A stretch of DNA of 64,000 nt from an uncultured bacterium. Lineage in GTDB: Bacteria; Patescibacteriota; Minisyncoccia; Moranbacterales; UBA2206. The translations under genes and the position numbers were made by a program. This document shows positions 8,784-18,226 of this stretch, piece after piece (the stretch's first letter is position 1; each line of letters begins with the position of its first letter). The stretch covers positions 12,358 through 76,357 of the forward strand of contig CAIKZD010000017.1 of NCBI GenBank assembly GCA_903831805.1, read 5' to 3'. Under the pieces are notes generated by a model, which was not told the origin of the DNA, did no database searches, and saw nothing but the letters and a program-made list of their open reading frames with translations.

Positions 8784-11700
8784 ATGAGAAGAAAATATTT
8801 TTTAAGAATAACAGTAATTATAATCGTTGTTTTTTTACTGGCAAAAGGCCATGTAGCGCACGCGGCTGATCGGTTCAGTGCTTTGACAATCGGGGGATCG
8901 AACAACGATACTATAAACTCTATTGTCCAAACCTCAGATGGCGGTTACGCGGCGGCGGGATATACAGCCAGTTATGGCGCGGGAGGCAACGATGTTTATG
9001 TTGTCAAATTCACATCTGCTGGCGCCCTGGACACGTCTTTCGGCACCGGCGGCACACTGACGCTTGGCGGAGCTGGTGATGATAGCGCAAATTCTATTGT
9101 TCAAACCTCTGAGGGTGGCTATATTGTGGCGGGATATACAAATAGCTATGGCGCGGGAAACTATGATTTATACATAATTAAACTTACTTCCGCAGGCGCC
9201 CTGGACACGTCTTTCGGCACCGGTGGCACACTGACGCTTGGCGGAGCCGGTAATGAGCAAGCGCGTTCTATTATTCAAACGACTGATGGTGGTTATGCAT
9301 TGGCGGGATATTCAGACAGTTATGGCGCTGGAAGCACAGATGTTTATATTGTTAAATTCACATCTGTTGGCGCCCTGGACACATCTTTCGGCACCAATGG
9401 AACGCGGACGGCTGGCGGAAATCTAGATGATGCGGCAACTTCTATTGTTCAAACAACTGACGGCGGTTACGCTATCGCTGGGAATACATATAGTTATGGC
9501 GCGGGAGGTAGTGATTTCTATATAATAAAATTCACATCTGTTGGCGCCCTGGACACATCTTTCGGCACCGGTGGCACACGGACGGTTGGCGGAGCCAGCA
9601 CTGATATTGCAAAGTCAATCATCCAAACAACCGATGGCGGTTACGCGGCAGCGGGATATACAAATAGCTATGGCGCGGGAGACTATGATGCTTATGTTGT
9701 CAAATTCACATCCGCTGGCGATCTGGATACATCTTTCGGCACCGGCGGCACGCGGACGATTGGCGGCACGGCCTATGATAGCGCAGCTTCCATCATTCAA
9801 ACAACTGACGGTGGCTACGCTTTTGCTGGGGATACAACCAGTTATGGTACATTGAGTAGTAATTTTTACATTGCCAAGCTTACTTCCAGTGGTGCTTTGA
9901 ACACGTCTTTCGGCACCGGTGGAACGTTGACGGTCAGTAGTTTCGGCAGTACTGGTGATAATGCAAATTCCATCATTCAAACAACTGATGGCGGCTATGC
10001 GGTGGCGGGGGATCCTGTGGTTATGCACTATAGTGATGGGTTTATTATCAAACTCGATACTGCGGGTTCTATGGGCAGCAGTTGCAGTAATGCGACTGGC
10101 TATGGCGGCGTGCTTGGTAGCGGTGGTGCAATAAATTCCGGCGGCACGCTTAGTAATGGCGGCACCCTTGGTAGCGGTGGTGGTGCAATAGGTTCCGGTG
10201 GCACAATTTCAGAGAAATGCAGTGTTTCTATTTCCCTGCCGACTGTTGCAACCGAAGAAGCTACTGATATTGCTGCTGATGCTGCTACTGCTAACGCTAA
10301 CTTGAGCGATACTGGCGGGGAAAATCCAAATCGTCTCATTCAATACGGCACCACGAGTGGCGTTTATACCAACTCTTGCGCCGCCGGCACTGGCGATGTG
10401 GGGGATTTTTCTTGCGCGATGACTAGTCTCTCTCCCAGTACGACCTATTATGTCAGGGCCGAAGCGATAAATTTCGCTGGAACATCTTATGGTACAGAGA
10501 TGAATTTCACGACCACAGACATCGCTCAGCTGGTGGCTCCTGTCGTAGATTCAGATTCCTCTAATCCATTTGATGATTGTCAGCCGAAGACTTTAAAAGC
10601 TAAAGCAGTTTCATCTTCAGAAATTAAATTGAAGTGGAAGGATAATTGCAGCGGGGAAGACGGCTATATTATTGAAAGAGAAACAGCAAAAGGAAAATTT
10701 AAAAAGATAGATTCGGTCGGCGAGAATAAGAATTCCTATACAGATAAAGGCCTACTCTCTAAAAAGAAATACACTTATAGAGTCAAGGCATATGAAGGAC
10801 ATGACAAAACTGGCCACACTAATAAATCGAGTGCCACAACTTTGGCCGTGATGACACCGACTAAGACTTCCCGGACGCATGTTTCCGAAACGACTCCAGC
10901 TTCAACTGATAATCCTAGTGAAGCAACCGTGACTACGAGTGTTGATACGCTTAATGTTCCAGGCAATAGTAATGGCGAGTCTTTATCGGTGGACAAAATT
11001 AATAAAAACCCAGAGAAAAAAGATTCTATCATAGCGCAAGAAGGGAAACTCTTGGGCGATTTTATCGAAAGTCCTGCCGGTCAAAAAACTTCCGCCGCGG
11101 TTACTGGTCTGGGTATCCTTGTGGGCGCGATTGTGGCGGCGGCGACTAGCGCTATTCCGCTCATAGCATCGTCTTCAGGTGGCGCTCCATTTGCTAGTGG
11201 ATTACCAAAACGCTTCAGTTTTTTCGGAATTATGACTCCCAGAGAAAAGAAAATAAATTGGGGCGTGGTGTTTGATATCGACACTCATCGACCGATCGCT
11301 GGCGCTTTAGTTTCTATACTTAATGCTGAGGAAAGAGTGGTTGATTCAATGACTACTAATATGGAGGGAAAATTCGGGTTCCTAGCGGCTAAAGGAGGGT
11401 ATACCTTCAGGATTTCCAAAAAAGATTACGCACTGTTCACTGAAAAGAATACGGATGATTTTTATGGAAAAATTTATGATGGAAAAATTTTCACAATTGA
11501 AAATGATGATGTAGCTGAGACTAATATCGCCATAAGGTCGACTAAAATTGATTGGCGTGAACTTTCCAAAAGAAAGTTGGCAATATACAAAATGGCGCTT
11601 TCAATTATAGGCAGGCATTCATTGTTGGTTTTATTCTACGGCTGTTTCGTCATTTCAGCCACTATATTGTACGTTTCTCCTTCAACATTTAATGCCTTCA

Positions 11701-12014
11701 CGGTGGCTGTGTATGTAGTTATAATAGCGCACAATCTGTTTTTTAAAGTGAAAAAATATGGATTGATAACCGATCAACGGGGCGAGCCACTGCCGTTTAC
11801 CATGGTCAGTATCTACGCTGGAGAACAGCATGACAGGCGCGCAGCTTTCGCGATCAGTGATATTTTGGGACGCTATTTTGTGTTGGCTAAAGATGATAAA
11901 TATCTGATGAAGATGCAGGGTCAAACGAGAGGAGGAGCATCTTTCGGAAAATCGTTTGATATTAATGTCAGGGACGGAGTCTTTAGGCGGGATGTAGTCA
12001 TTAAGGGAGAATGA
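8784..12014 (+). CDS. Large surface protein: signal peptide, 7 x ~58-aa beta-propeller-like repeats, FN3 domains, Ser/Thr linker, TM segments, carboxypeptidase-regulatory-like domain
   Basis: Seven SI(I/V)QTxDGGY repeats at 174-bp period; LSPSTTYYVRA and YTYRVKAY FN3 signatures; hydrophobic segments. Confidence 0.8.
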   Translation: MRRKYFLRITVIIIVVFLLAKGHVAHAADRFSALTIGGSNNDTINSIVQTSDGGYAAAGYTASYGAGGNDVYVVKFTSAGALDTSFGTGGTLTLGGAGDDSANSIVQTSEGGYIVAGYTNSYGAGNYDLYIIKLTSAGALDTSFGTGGTLTLGGAGNEQARSIIQTTDGGYALAGYSDSYGAGSTDVYIVKFTSVGALDTSFGTNGTRTAGGNLDDAATSIVQTTDGGYAIAGNTYSYGAGGSDFYIIKFTSVGALDTSFGTGGTRTVGGASTDIAKSIIQTTDGGYAAAGYTNSYGAGDYDAYVVKFTSAGDLDTSFGTGGTRTIGGTAYDSAASIIQTTDGGYAFAGDTTSYGTLSSNFYIAKLTSSGALNTSFGTGGTLTVSSFGSTGDNANSIIQTTDGGYAVAGDPVVMHYSDGFIIKLDTAGSMGSSCSNATGYGGVLGSGGAINSGGTLSNGGTLGSGGGAIGSGGTISEKCSVSISLPTVATEEATDIAADAATANANLSDTGGENPNRLIQYGTTSGVYTNSCAAGTGDVGDFSCAMTSLSPSTTYYVRAEAINFAGTSYGTEMNFTTTDIAQLVAPVVDSDSSNPFDDCQPKTLKAKAVSSSEIKLKWKDNCSGEDGYIIERETAKGKFKKIDSVGENKNSYTDKGLLSKKKYTYRVKAYEGHDKTGHTNKSSATTLAVMTPTKTSRTHVSETTPASTDNPSEATVTTSVDTLNVPGNSNGESLSVDKINKNPEKKDSIIAQEGKLLGDFIESPAGQKTSAAVTGLGILVGAIVAAATSAIPLIASSSGGAPFASGLPKRFSFFGIMTPREKKINWGVVFDIDTHRPIAGALVSILNAEERVVDSMTTNMEGKFGFLAAKGGYTFRISKKDYALFTEKNTDDFYGKIYDGKIFTIENDDVAETNIAIRSTKIDWRELSKRKLAIYKMALSIIGRHSLLVLFYGCFVISATILYVSPSTFNAFTVAVYVVIIAHNLFFKVKKYGLITDQRGEPLPFTMVSIYAGEQHDRRAAFAISDILGRYFVLAKDDKYLMKMQGQTRGGASFGKSFDINVRDGVFRRDVVIKGE

Positions 12015-12025
12015 TAGATAATTAT

Positions 12026-13492
12026 TTATGCAAGTCTTCCTTCTAAATTCCAAGTATTGACGCGTGTTATCCTAACTTCAAGAAGCTTGCCAGCCAACTT
12101 TTTTTGGCTGGTTTTAATTTTTACATTTTTAAGGGTGCGTGTGTGTCCGAAATATTTACCAGCCCTACCATTGTCTACTAATACGTCAAAAGTTTTGCCG
12201 AGATATTGCTGATTGTTTTTGAGCGCCGACGCGGCTAGAATTTCATTTAAATATTTCTCGCGGCGAACTTTTTCTTCTTTTTTGATGTTATCCTTCAATT
12301 TGAACGCAGCTGTGCCTGGGCGCGGGGAGAATTGGCCAAAATATGACATATCATATTGCACTCGACGCATCACGCCGGCGGTTTTTTCCAGCTGGACTTT
12401 AGTTTCGCCGGGGAAACCGACAATGATGTCGGACGACAATGCAAAAATCTTCTCTGGTTTATTTTTAGCAAAACTATTTTTAATTTTTTCAATCAGCTGT
12501 AAATAATGCGCGCGGGTATAGTGGCGGTTCATATTTTTCAAAATTGTGTCGTCGCCCGACTGGATAGGCAAGTGTACTGCTTCGCAAACTTTTTCCAAGC
12601 TAGTGATGGTTTCAATCAGTTCAGCTGTCATATCTTTTGGGTGCGGCGTCATAAAACGGATCCAAAAATCTCCCGGAATGGCATTGATGGTTTTGAGGAG
12701 GTCAGAAAAATTCACAACATCACCCTCTCTGTCTCGAGTACGAGACATCTCTCCCGAGTACAGGAGAGATGGAAACATTTTGCCCCCTCTCCCGTACTCG
12801 GGAGAGGGCTGGGGAGAGGGCAATGGTTCGTAGCTGTTGACGTTCTGTCCAAGGAGCGTTATTTCTTTAACGCCTGATTTGATGAGCTTTTTAATTTCTT
12901 GCAAGATTTCTTCGGCCGGGCGTGAAACTTCTCGTCCGCGGGCGTAAGGCACGACGCAGTATGAGCAGAAGTTGTTGCAGCCGGTCATGATGGGGACATA
13001 AGCTTGGGCAGAGTTTGCGTATTTTGGAGTGACGGTTAAATAGCAATTGTCATTCTGAGCGGAGCATAGCGGAGTCGAAGAATCTGCTTTGTGGTGTAAC
13101 TGGCGATGATTATTAGTAGATTCTTCGACTTCGTCCGAGTACGGACTTCGCTCAGAATGACATAATAAAAAATTTTCAAGTTCTTGCATGAAGTCTTTGA
13201 TTTCACAAAACAAAGCCACCTTATTTTTCAATTTTTCCTGTATATCTTTCCGATTGGCCAGGCAGCCGGTCAGCACTATTTTTGTTTGCGGATTATTTTT
13301 CCAAAGATTATGGATCTGTCCGTACGCTCGGTCTTCAGCCATTTTTCTGACACCGCAAGTGTTGAAAATTACGATATTCGCTTTCGTAATGTCTTTGGCT
13401 GGCTGGATTTTTTGCGCTTCCAAAAACCCGGCCATCCGCTCTGAATCGCTGACATTCATCTGGCAGCCGAAGGTTTTGATGAAATATTGCAT
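12026..13492 (-). CDS. miaB: tRNA-2-methylthio-N6-dimethylallyladenosine synthase, two repeat insertions
   Basis: TFGCQMNVSDSE, GCNNFCSYC radical SAM motif, DIIVGFPGET, TRAM-like C-terminus. Confidence 0.96.
   Translation of the reverse strand: MQYFIKTFGCQMNVSDSERMAGFLEAQKIQPAKDITKANIVIFNTCGVRKMAEDRAYGQIHNLWKNNPQTKIVLTGCLANRKDIQEKLKNKVALFCEIKDFMQELENFLLCHSERSPYSDEVEESTNNHRQLHHKADSSTPLCSAQNDNCYLTVTPKYANSAQAYVPIMTGCNNFCSYCVVPYARGREVSRPAEEILQEIKKLIKSGVKEITLLGQNVNSYEPLPSPQPSPEYGRGGKMFPSLLYSGEMSRTRDREGDVVNFSDLLKTINAIPGDFWIRFMTPHPKDMTAELIETITSLEKVCEAVHLPIQSGDDTILKNMNRHYTRAHYLQLIEKIKNSFAKNKPEKIFALSSDIIVGFPGETKVQLEKTAGVMRRVQYDMSYFGQFSPRPGTAAFKLKDNIKKEEKVRREKYLNEILAASALKNNQQYLGKTFDVLVDNGRAGKYFGHTRTLKNVKIKTSQKKLAGKLLEVRITRVNTWNLEGRLA
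12722..12821. repeat. Family B doublet (three hairpins) in frame in miaB
   Basis: Encodes LPSPQPSPEYGRGGKMFPSLLYSGEMSRTRDREG after GQNVNSY. Confidence 0.9.
13048..13162. repeat. Family A long palindromic element in frame in miaB
   Basis: TGTCATTCTGAGC...GCTCAGAATGACA termini; six intergenic relatives. Confidence 0.92.
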
Positions 13493-13501
13493 GAAAACGC
13501 T

Positions 13502-13530
13502 GTAGAGACGCCCCAACGGGGCGTCTCTAC
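13502..13530. repeat. GTAG-type REP palindrome
   Basis: GTAGAGACGCCCC-aac-GGGGCGTCTCTAC perfect 13-bp stem. Confidence 0.85.
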
Positions 13531-13547
13531 GTTGTTAAATGTTTAAT

Positions 13548-15299
13548 TTATTTTTTTTCTTTAATTTCTTTTTTAATCTTTTCCAAAAATTCTTCAATCT
13601 TCATAGTCTCCTGATTTTCTTCCCCTCGCGTTCGCACAGATACACTATTGTCCGCAGCTTCTTTTTCGCCCATTACTAAGATGTATGGCACTTTTTGTTT
13701 GGCCGCGGTGCGTATGCGTTTGCCAAGCGATTCATCGGAGTCATCAATTTTCGCGCGAATGCCAGACGCGATGAATCGCATCTCTACTTCTTTGGCGTAA
13801 TCTTTAAACTTTTCTGAAACTGGCAGAATTACAGCTTGCACAGGGGAGAGCCATGTTGGGAAAGCGCCGGCATAGTGTTCGATGAGAATGCCCATGAAAC
13901 GTTCGAAAGAGCCCATAATAGTTCTATGAATAAGAACTGGTGTTTTAGCTTGGCCGTCCGCATCGATGTAACTGCAGTCAAATTTCAGCGGCATCTGGAA
14001 ATCCAATTGAATAGTGGCGCATTGCCAAGTGCGGCCGATGGCGTCTTTCAATTGGAAATCGATTTTGGGCCCATAGAAAGCGCCGTCTTTTTCTTTGAGA
14101 CCATAATTCTCGCCGTATAGTTCACCCAGAATTTTTTTCAAATCAATTTCGGCTTTGTCCCAAACGGCGATGTCGCCCATGAAATCATCCGGTCGAGTGG
14201 AGAGATAGGCTTTGTACTCAAGACCAAAAGGTTTATAAATCTTATCCACTAGCTTAACCACGTTCTTAATTTCTTCTTCCACCTGATCCGGGCGGATGAA
14301 AATGTGGGCGTCATCTTGAGTGAATTGCTGCACGCGGAACAGGCCCCCGAGCTGGCCGGATTTTTCGTGGCGAGTGATGAGGCCCGGTTCGGCGTAACGC
14401 AAGGGGAAGTCGCGGTATGATTTCATGGAACTGTTGTAAATCATAATCGCCCCGGGGCAATCCATCGGGCGCAAGGCAAATTGTTTGTCGCCCTCAAGAC
14501 TGGTGACAAAGTACATGTCGTCTTTATAATGATCCCAGTGGCCGGACTTTTTCCAAATGGAGACATCCAACATTGACGGGCAAAGAATGGTGTCATAAGC
14601 AAATTCTTTTTGCGCTTCCATCCAGAAATTTTTCAGCTCATTGAAAATCACAGCGCCTTTCGGATGGAAAAATGGTATTCCGGGTGCCACATCATGAAAA
14701 GAAAACAGATCCAGCTCTTTCCCAATTTTCCGATGGTCTCTTTTTTCCGCTTCTTCCAACATATGCAGATAATCTTTCAGTTCAGCTTTAGCGGCAAAGG
14801 CTACGCCATAAATTCTTTGTAACATCTTGTTTTTTTCATCGCCTTTCCAATAGGCCCCGGAAATTTTGGTCAGTTTCAATGCGTCGGACCTGATTTCACC
14901 GGTCGAATCAAGATGCGGGCCGCGGCAAAGGTCGACAAACGCCCCGGTTTTATACACAGAAACTACGCCCTCGCCGGCTTTGATGAGGTCTTCAATTATT
15001 TCGACTTTGTAATCCTGGCCGGCCCGCTGAAAATCTTCGATGGCGTTGCCGACTGTCATCTCCGCTCGTTCAAATTTATGATCGGCTTTGATTATGACTC
15101 GCATCTTTTCTTCCAAGATGGGCAGGTCTTCCGGAATGAGAGTACGCGGTAGGTCGAAGTCATAATAGAAGCCGTTTTCGATGGCCGGCCCCATGGCAAA
15201 CTTAGCTTCGGGAAACATTTCCAGGACCGCGGCGGCCAAAACATGTGCCGCGCTGTGGCGTAAGATCTCCAAATTTTCGGGCGTGGTTTTTTCTGACAT
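13548..15299 (-). CDS. thrS: Threonine--tRNA ligase
   Basis: RHSAAHVLA, DLCRGPH, RDHRKIG, GAFYGPKID, WQCATIQLDF. Confidence 0.98.
   Translation of the reverse strand: MSEKTTPENLEILRHSAAHVLAAAVLEMFPEAKFAMGPAIENGFYYDFDLPRTLIPEDLPILEEKMRVIIKADHKFERAEMTVGNAIEDFQRAGQDYKVEIIEDLIKAGEGVVSVYKTGAFVDLCRGPHLDSTGEIRSDALKLTKISGAYWKGDEKNKMLQRIYGVAFAAKAELKDYLHMLEEAEKRDHRKIGKELDLFSFHDVAPGIPFFHPKGAVIFNELKNFWMEAQKEFAYDTILCPSMLDVSIWKKSGHWDHYKDDMYFVTSLEGDKQFALRPMDCPGAIMIYNSSMKSYRDFPLRYAEPGLITRHEKSGQLGGLFRVQQFTQDDAHIFIRPDQVEEEIKNVVKLVDKIYKPFGLEYKAYLSTRPDDFMGDIAVWDKAEIDLKKILGELYGENYGLKEKDGAFYGPKIDFQLKDAIGRTWQCATIQLDFQMPLKFDCSYIDADGQAKTPVLIHRTIMGSFERFMGILIEHYAGAFPTWLSPVQAVILPVSEKFKDYAKEVEMRFIASGIRAKIDDSDESLGKRIRTAAKQKVPYILVMGEKEAADNSVSVRTRGEENQETMKIEEFLEKIKKEIKEKK
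13764..13787 (-). repeat. GTAG-type REP within thrS coding sequence
   Basis: Minus strand GTAGAGATGCGATTCATCGCGTCT, encodes VEMRFIAS. Confidence 0.7.
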
Positions 15300-15317
15300 A
15301 AAATTATTATTAAAAAT

Positions 15318-15470
15318 TAAAAAAGCACCAAAATAAAATTAGAATTTCGAGGCCCGATGTTATATCGGACGGTTCCACTCGAATTCCCAAATTTATTTGG
15401 GCGCTCTTTTGACCAGATTTGTCAGGTCTTACAGAAGCTCAGCGGTTGGTAGTCGCGTCAAGGCTTCTTC
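15318..15470 (-). ncRNA. T-box riboswitch (Thr), short stem I
   Basis: T-box AATTCGAGTGGAACCG at 15370-15385; ACC in terminal loop at 15448-15450; hairpin plus U-run before thrS. Confidence 0.8.
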
Positions 15471-15484
15471 TTAACAGTAGTCTA

Positions 15485-15512
15485 ATTATACAAAAATCGG
15501 AGAAATAGTCAA
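15485..15512 (-). promoter_or_regulatory. Sigma70 promoter of thrS leader
   Basis: TTGACT-16-TATAAT on minus strand. Confidence 0.65.
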
Positions 15513-15589
15513 ATCGAGGGCCTCATTTCCAATCTTGGCTTGCTTATGCTAGAATAATGGGTGGATAATCAACTTTTTAACATAAAATT

Positions 15590-16987
15590 ATGTATTGCAT
15601 CATTCTTTGCGGCGGATCCGGTACACGTCTCTGGCCGCTGTCGCGTAAAAATTTCCCCAAACAATTCTTGAAACTCTATTCGGAGTATTCTTTGTTGCAA
15701 GAAACTTTTTTGCGCATGAAAGAAGTTGTGCTGGAGAAGAACATCTATTTCGTGACTAATGAGGAAAACTATTACAATGTTTTTAACCAAATTAAAGAAA
15801 TATATCCTGAATTTTCTCAAAGCCAGATCATCAAGGAGCCAAAAAGCCTTAATACTATGCCAGCCATAATGTTGGCCTCAAAATATTTACAAGAGAAGAT
15901 CGGGATATCTGAAATGGCACCGATTATTATGGTGCCAGCTGACCATTATATCGGGAATAAAGAAGCGTATGTGTCTGTTGCTAAAAAGGCGCTTTCCCAG
16001 ATCGGGAATAATGTGGGCACGATAGGAATCAAGCCGACCATGGCGCACACCGGTTTGGGCTATATCAAAAAAGGTGAGAAGATGGGGGATTATTTCAAAG
16101 TCGATAGCTTCAAAGAAAAGCCTGACAAGAAGACCGCTCAAGAATTTTTCACTTCAGGGGATTATCTGTGGAACGGCGGGATGTATCTATTCACTGTGAA
16201 GACCTTCTCCGAAGAGATTAAAAAACATGCGCCGGAAATGGACGTCTTATTTTGTGAAAAGTACGATGTTTTTTTGGAAAATTTTGAAAAGTTGCCACCT
16301 CTTGCGATAGATGTTGTCATCTCGGAAAAATCTGACAGAATGATTACAGTGGAAGGAGATTTCGACTGGAGTGATATCGGAAGTTTTGATGTTCTGGCTG
16401 AAATAGTGCAGAGAAAAATAGACGAAAATCCAAGACATGTCTATGTGGATTCTCATAATTCTTTCGCGCTTTCCGCCAATGATGACAGACTGATAGCCAT
16501 TTCTGGCATTGATGATGTGATTGTCATAGAAAGTAATGACAGTATTTTGGTCCAGAAAATGGGAGAAAGTAATGACGGCGTGAAAAAGGTGGTTGAATAT
16601 CTGAAAAAGAATAAGCGCAAAGAATTGGAACACAATATAATGGGCTACCGGCCGTGGGGGGAGTATGAAGTGCTGGTGGATGATGATAATCATAAAGTGA
16701 AAAAAATCATTGTCTATCCCGGCGCCAAGCTTAGCTTACAATCTCACAAAAGGCGGGCGGAGCATTGGATTGTAGTGAAAGGCACGGCCAAGGTGGTGAA
16801 CGGCGAAAACCTTTTGACGCTGCATGAAAATGAAAGCACCTACATCTCAGCCCATTCCAAACATCAATTAAGCAACCCCGGCGAAACTAATTTGGAAATC
16901 ATTGAGGTGCAGACGGGAGACTACTTTGAAGAAGACGACATCTATCGTTATGAAGACGTCTATGGTCGTCCGCAGGAGATAAAATAG
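15590..16987 (+). CDS. manC: Mannose-1-phosphate guanylyltransferase / mannose-6-phosphate isomerase
   Basis: GGSGTRLWPLSR..PKQF, WSDIGS, RPWG, LSLQSH..RAEHW cupin. Confidence 0.95.
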   Translation: MYCIILCGGSGTRLWPLSRKNFPKQFLKLYSEYSLLQETFLRMKEVVLEKNIYFVTNEENYYNVFNQIKEIYPEFSQSQIIKEPKSLNTMPAIMLASKYLQEKIGISEMAPIIMVPADHYIGNKEAYVSVAKKALSQIGNNVGTIGIKPTMAHTGLGYIKKGEKMGDYFKVDSFKEKPDKKTAQEFFTSGDYLWNGGMYLFTVKTFSEEIKKHAPEMDVLFCEKYDVFLENFEKLPPLAIDVVISEKSDRMITVEGDFDWSDIGSFDVLAEIVQRKIDENPRHVYVDSHNSFALSANDDRLIAISGIDDVIVIESNDSILVQKMGESNDGVKKVVEYLKKNKRKELEHNIMGYRPWGEYEVLVDDDNHKVKKIIVYPGAKLSLQSHKRRAEHWIVVKGTAKVVNGENLLTLHENESTYISAHSKHQLSNPGETNLEIIEVQTGDYFEEDDIYRYEDVYGRPQEIK

Positions 16988-17030
16988 AATCTTTCAAAAG
17001 CATAAAGCGACATTTCGGTAGTTTTTTGGG

Positions 17031-17214
17031 AAAATAAAAGAGGACATTATTCGGCACGCGAATAATGTCCTCAGGAGGAAAGGTACGGGCGGAAGATGCG
17101 AGGTTCCAGTTGTGGGAAGTGGAATGTCATTGTTGTTGGCGCTTTATTGTTAAAAAGCGACAACTTGTACATTCACTCAGTGTGGAATGTCTCGTCCTCT
17201 GCCAGTAGGGGAAA
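17031..17214 (-). ncRNA. Candidate ~180-nt transcript (structured sRNA or 33-aa small ORF)
   Basis: TATAAT at 17221-17226 on minus; 14-bp terminator hairpin 17040-17072 with U-run; 5'/3' complementarity. Confidence 0.4.
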
Positions 17215-17267
17215 GTACTAATTATAAGATAGCATGGGTAACTTAAATTACCAAATGCTTAGGAGAG

Positions 17268-17276
17268 TTATCCACA
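17268..17276 (+). promoter_or_regulatory. Single DnaA box
   Basis: TTATCCACA just upstream of a TTGACA...TAGAAT promoter. Confidence 0.45.
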
Positions 17277-17471
17277 GGGGATGGTTGACAGTGATAGAGA
17301 GACACTGGTAGAATATCATTGCAAGGTAATCGCATGCATACCTTGCAATAATAAAAAGTAATATCTGCCAAACTTTCTCACTTCATTATTTATTTTCCGC
17401 CGTCATTCAAATTTAATCTGACGGTCGGTCGTAATAATATAAAAATAGGGAGTGGCGGCGGAAAAAACAAA

Positions 17472-17696
17472 ATGCAAAATGAAAAAGAAAAGGTGCATTC
17501 GGAGATGCTCCGGGCGGGGAAGAAAACTTATTTCTTCGACGTCAAAAAAACTTCCAAAGGCGACAACTATCTGACGGTCGCCGAATCATACACTGACAAA
17601 GAAGGTAAGAAAGTGATTAACCGCCTGTTGATTTTCAAAGATCAATTTGCGGATTTTGGTAATGCTCTCTTGAGGCTCAAGGAATATTTTCAGTAA
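17472..17696 (+). CDS. PUR-domain / DUF3276 nucleic-acid-binding protein
   Basis: RAGKKTYFFDVK..GDNYLTVAES signature. Confidence 0.85.
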   Translation: MQNEKEKVHSEMLRAGKKTYFFDVKKTSKGDNYLTVAESYTDKEGKKVINRLLIFKDQFADFGNALLRLKEYFQ

Positions 17697-17707
17697 CTTC
17701 TTATGAA

Positions 17708-17741
17708 CGGACTGTCCGCAAGGAGCGGACAGTCCGCTTTT
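17708..17741 (+). terminator. Terminator hairpin built from family C 13-mers
   Basis: CGGACTGTCCGC-aagga-GCGGACAGTCCG followed by CTTTT. Confidence 0.7.
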
Positions 17742-17775
17742 CGTCTGCGTGGTGACTTTTATTCAATTAAAGAAA

Positions 17776-18168
17776 ATGAAAGTTTATAATAAAAATTTTG
17801 ATGAATGGAACGTTTTAAAAAAGGAATTACATAAAAGAAAAAATATTCCCTTCTTTCACGAGCGTGAAATATGGTGGTGCGCACTAGGTTTGAATGTAGG
17901 GTTTGAGGAAGATGGAAAAAATGATAATTTTGAGAGACCGATTTTGATTATGCGTGTGTTTAGCCATGAAGTTTTGTGGGTGTTGCCTATGACGAGCCAA
18001 GATAGAACTGGAGAATATTATCACCAGTTCAGATATCGCGGAGAAAAATATTCAATAATTATTTCCCAATTAAAACTCATAAGCAGTCGAAGATTACTCA
18101 GAAAAATTAGAAAGTTTTCTGAAAGGGATTTTCTTGAGGTGAAAAATAAGATCAAAAATCTTTTATAA
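17776..18168 (+). CDS. PemK/MazF-family toxin-like endoribonuclease, no adjacent protein antitoxin
   Basis: FDEWN, EIWWCALGLNVGFEEDGK..FERPILI, LPMTS, SQLKLISSRRL. Confidence 0.85.
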   Translation: MKVYNKNFDEWNVLKKELHKRKNIPFFHEREIWWCALGLNVGFEEDGKNDNFERPILIMRVFSHEVLWVLPMTSQDRTGEYYHQFRYRGEKYSIIISQLKLISSRRLLRKIRKFSERDFLEVKNKIKNLL

Positions 18169-18223
18169 AAAAAACGATCCCCACTCTTGAGGAGCGGGGT
18201 CTCGGAGCCCGAAGGCGTTTGTA
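18167..18223 (-). ncRNA. Candidate ~55-nt RNA convergent with the PemK-like gene
   Basis: Minus strand: C(UUCG)G hairpin, GC stem with G-U wobble, U8 tail; promoter at 18229-18256. Confidence 0.6.
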
Positions 18224-18226
18224 GTC

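Noticed and set aside
8900-10050. 174-bp periodic repeats as a CRISPR array
   Set aside because: They are in-frame protein repeats with similar, not unique, intervening sequence, and no cas genes are present
17268-17276. Replication origin
   Set aside because: Only one perfect DnaA box, with no cluster and no dnaA/dnaN nearby
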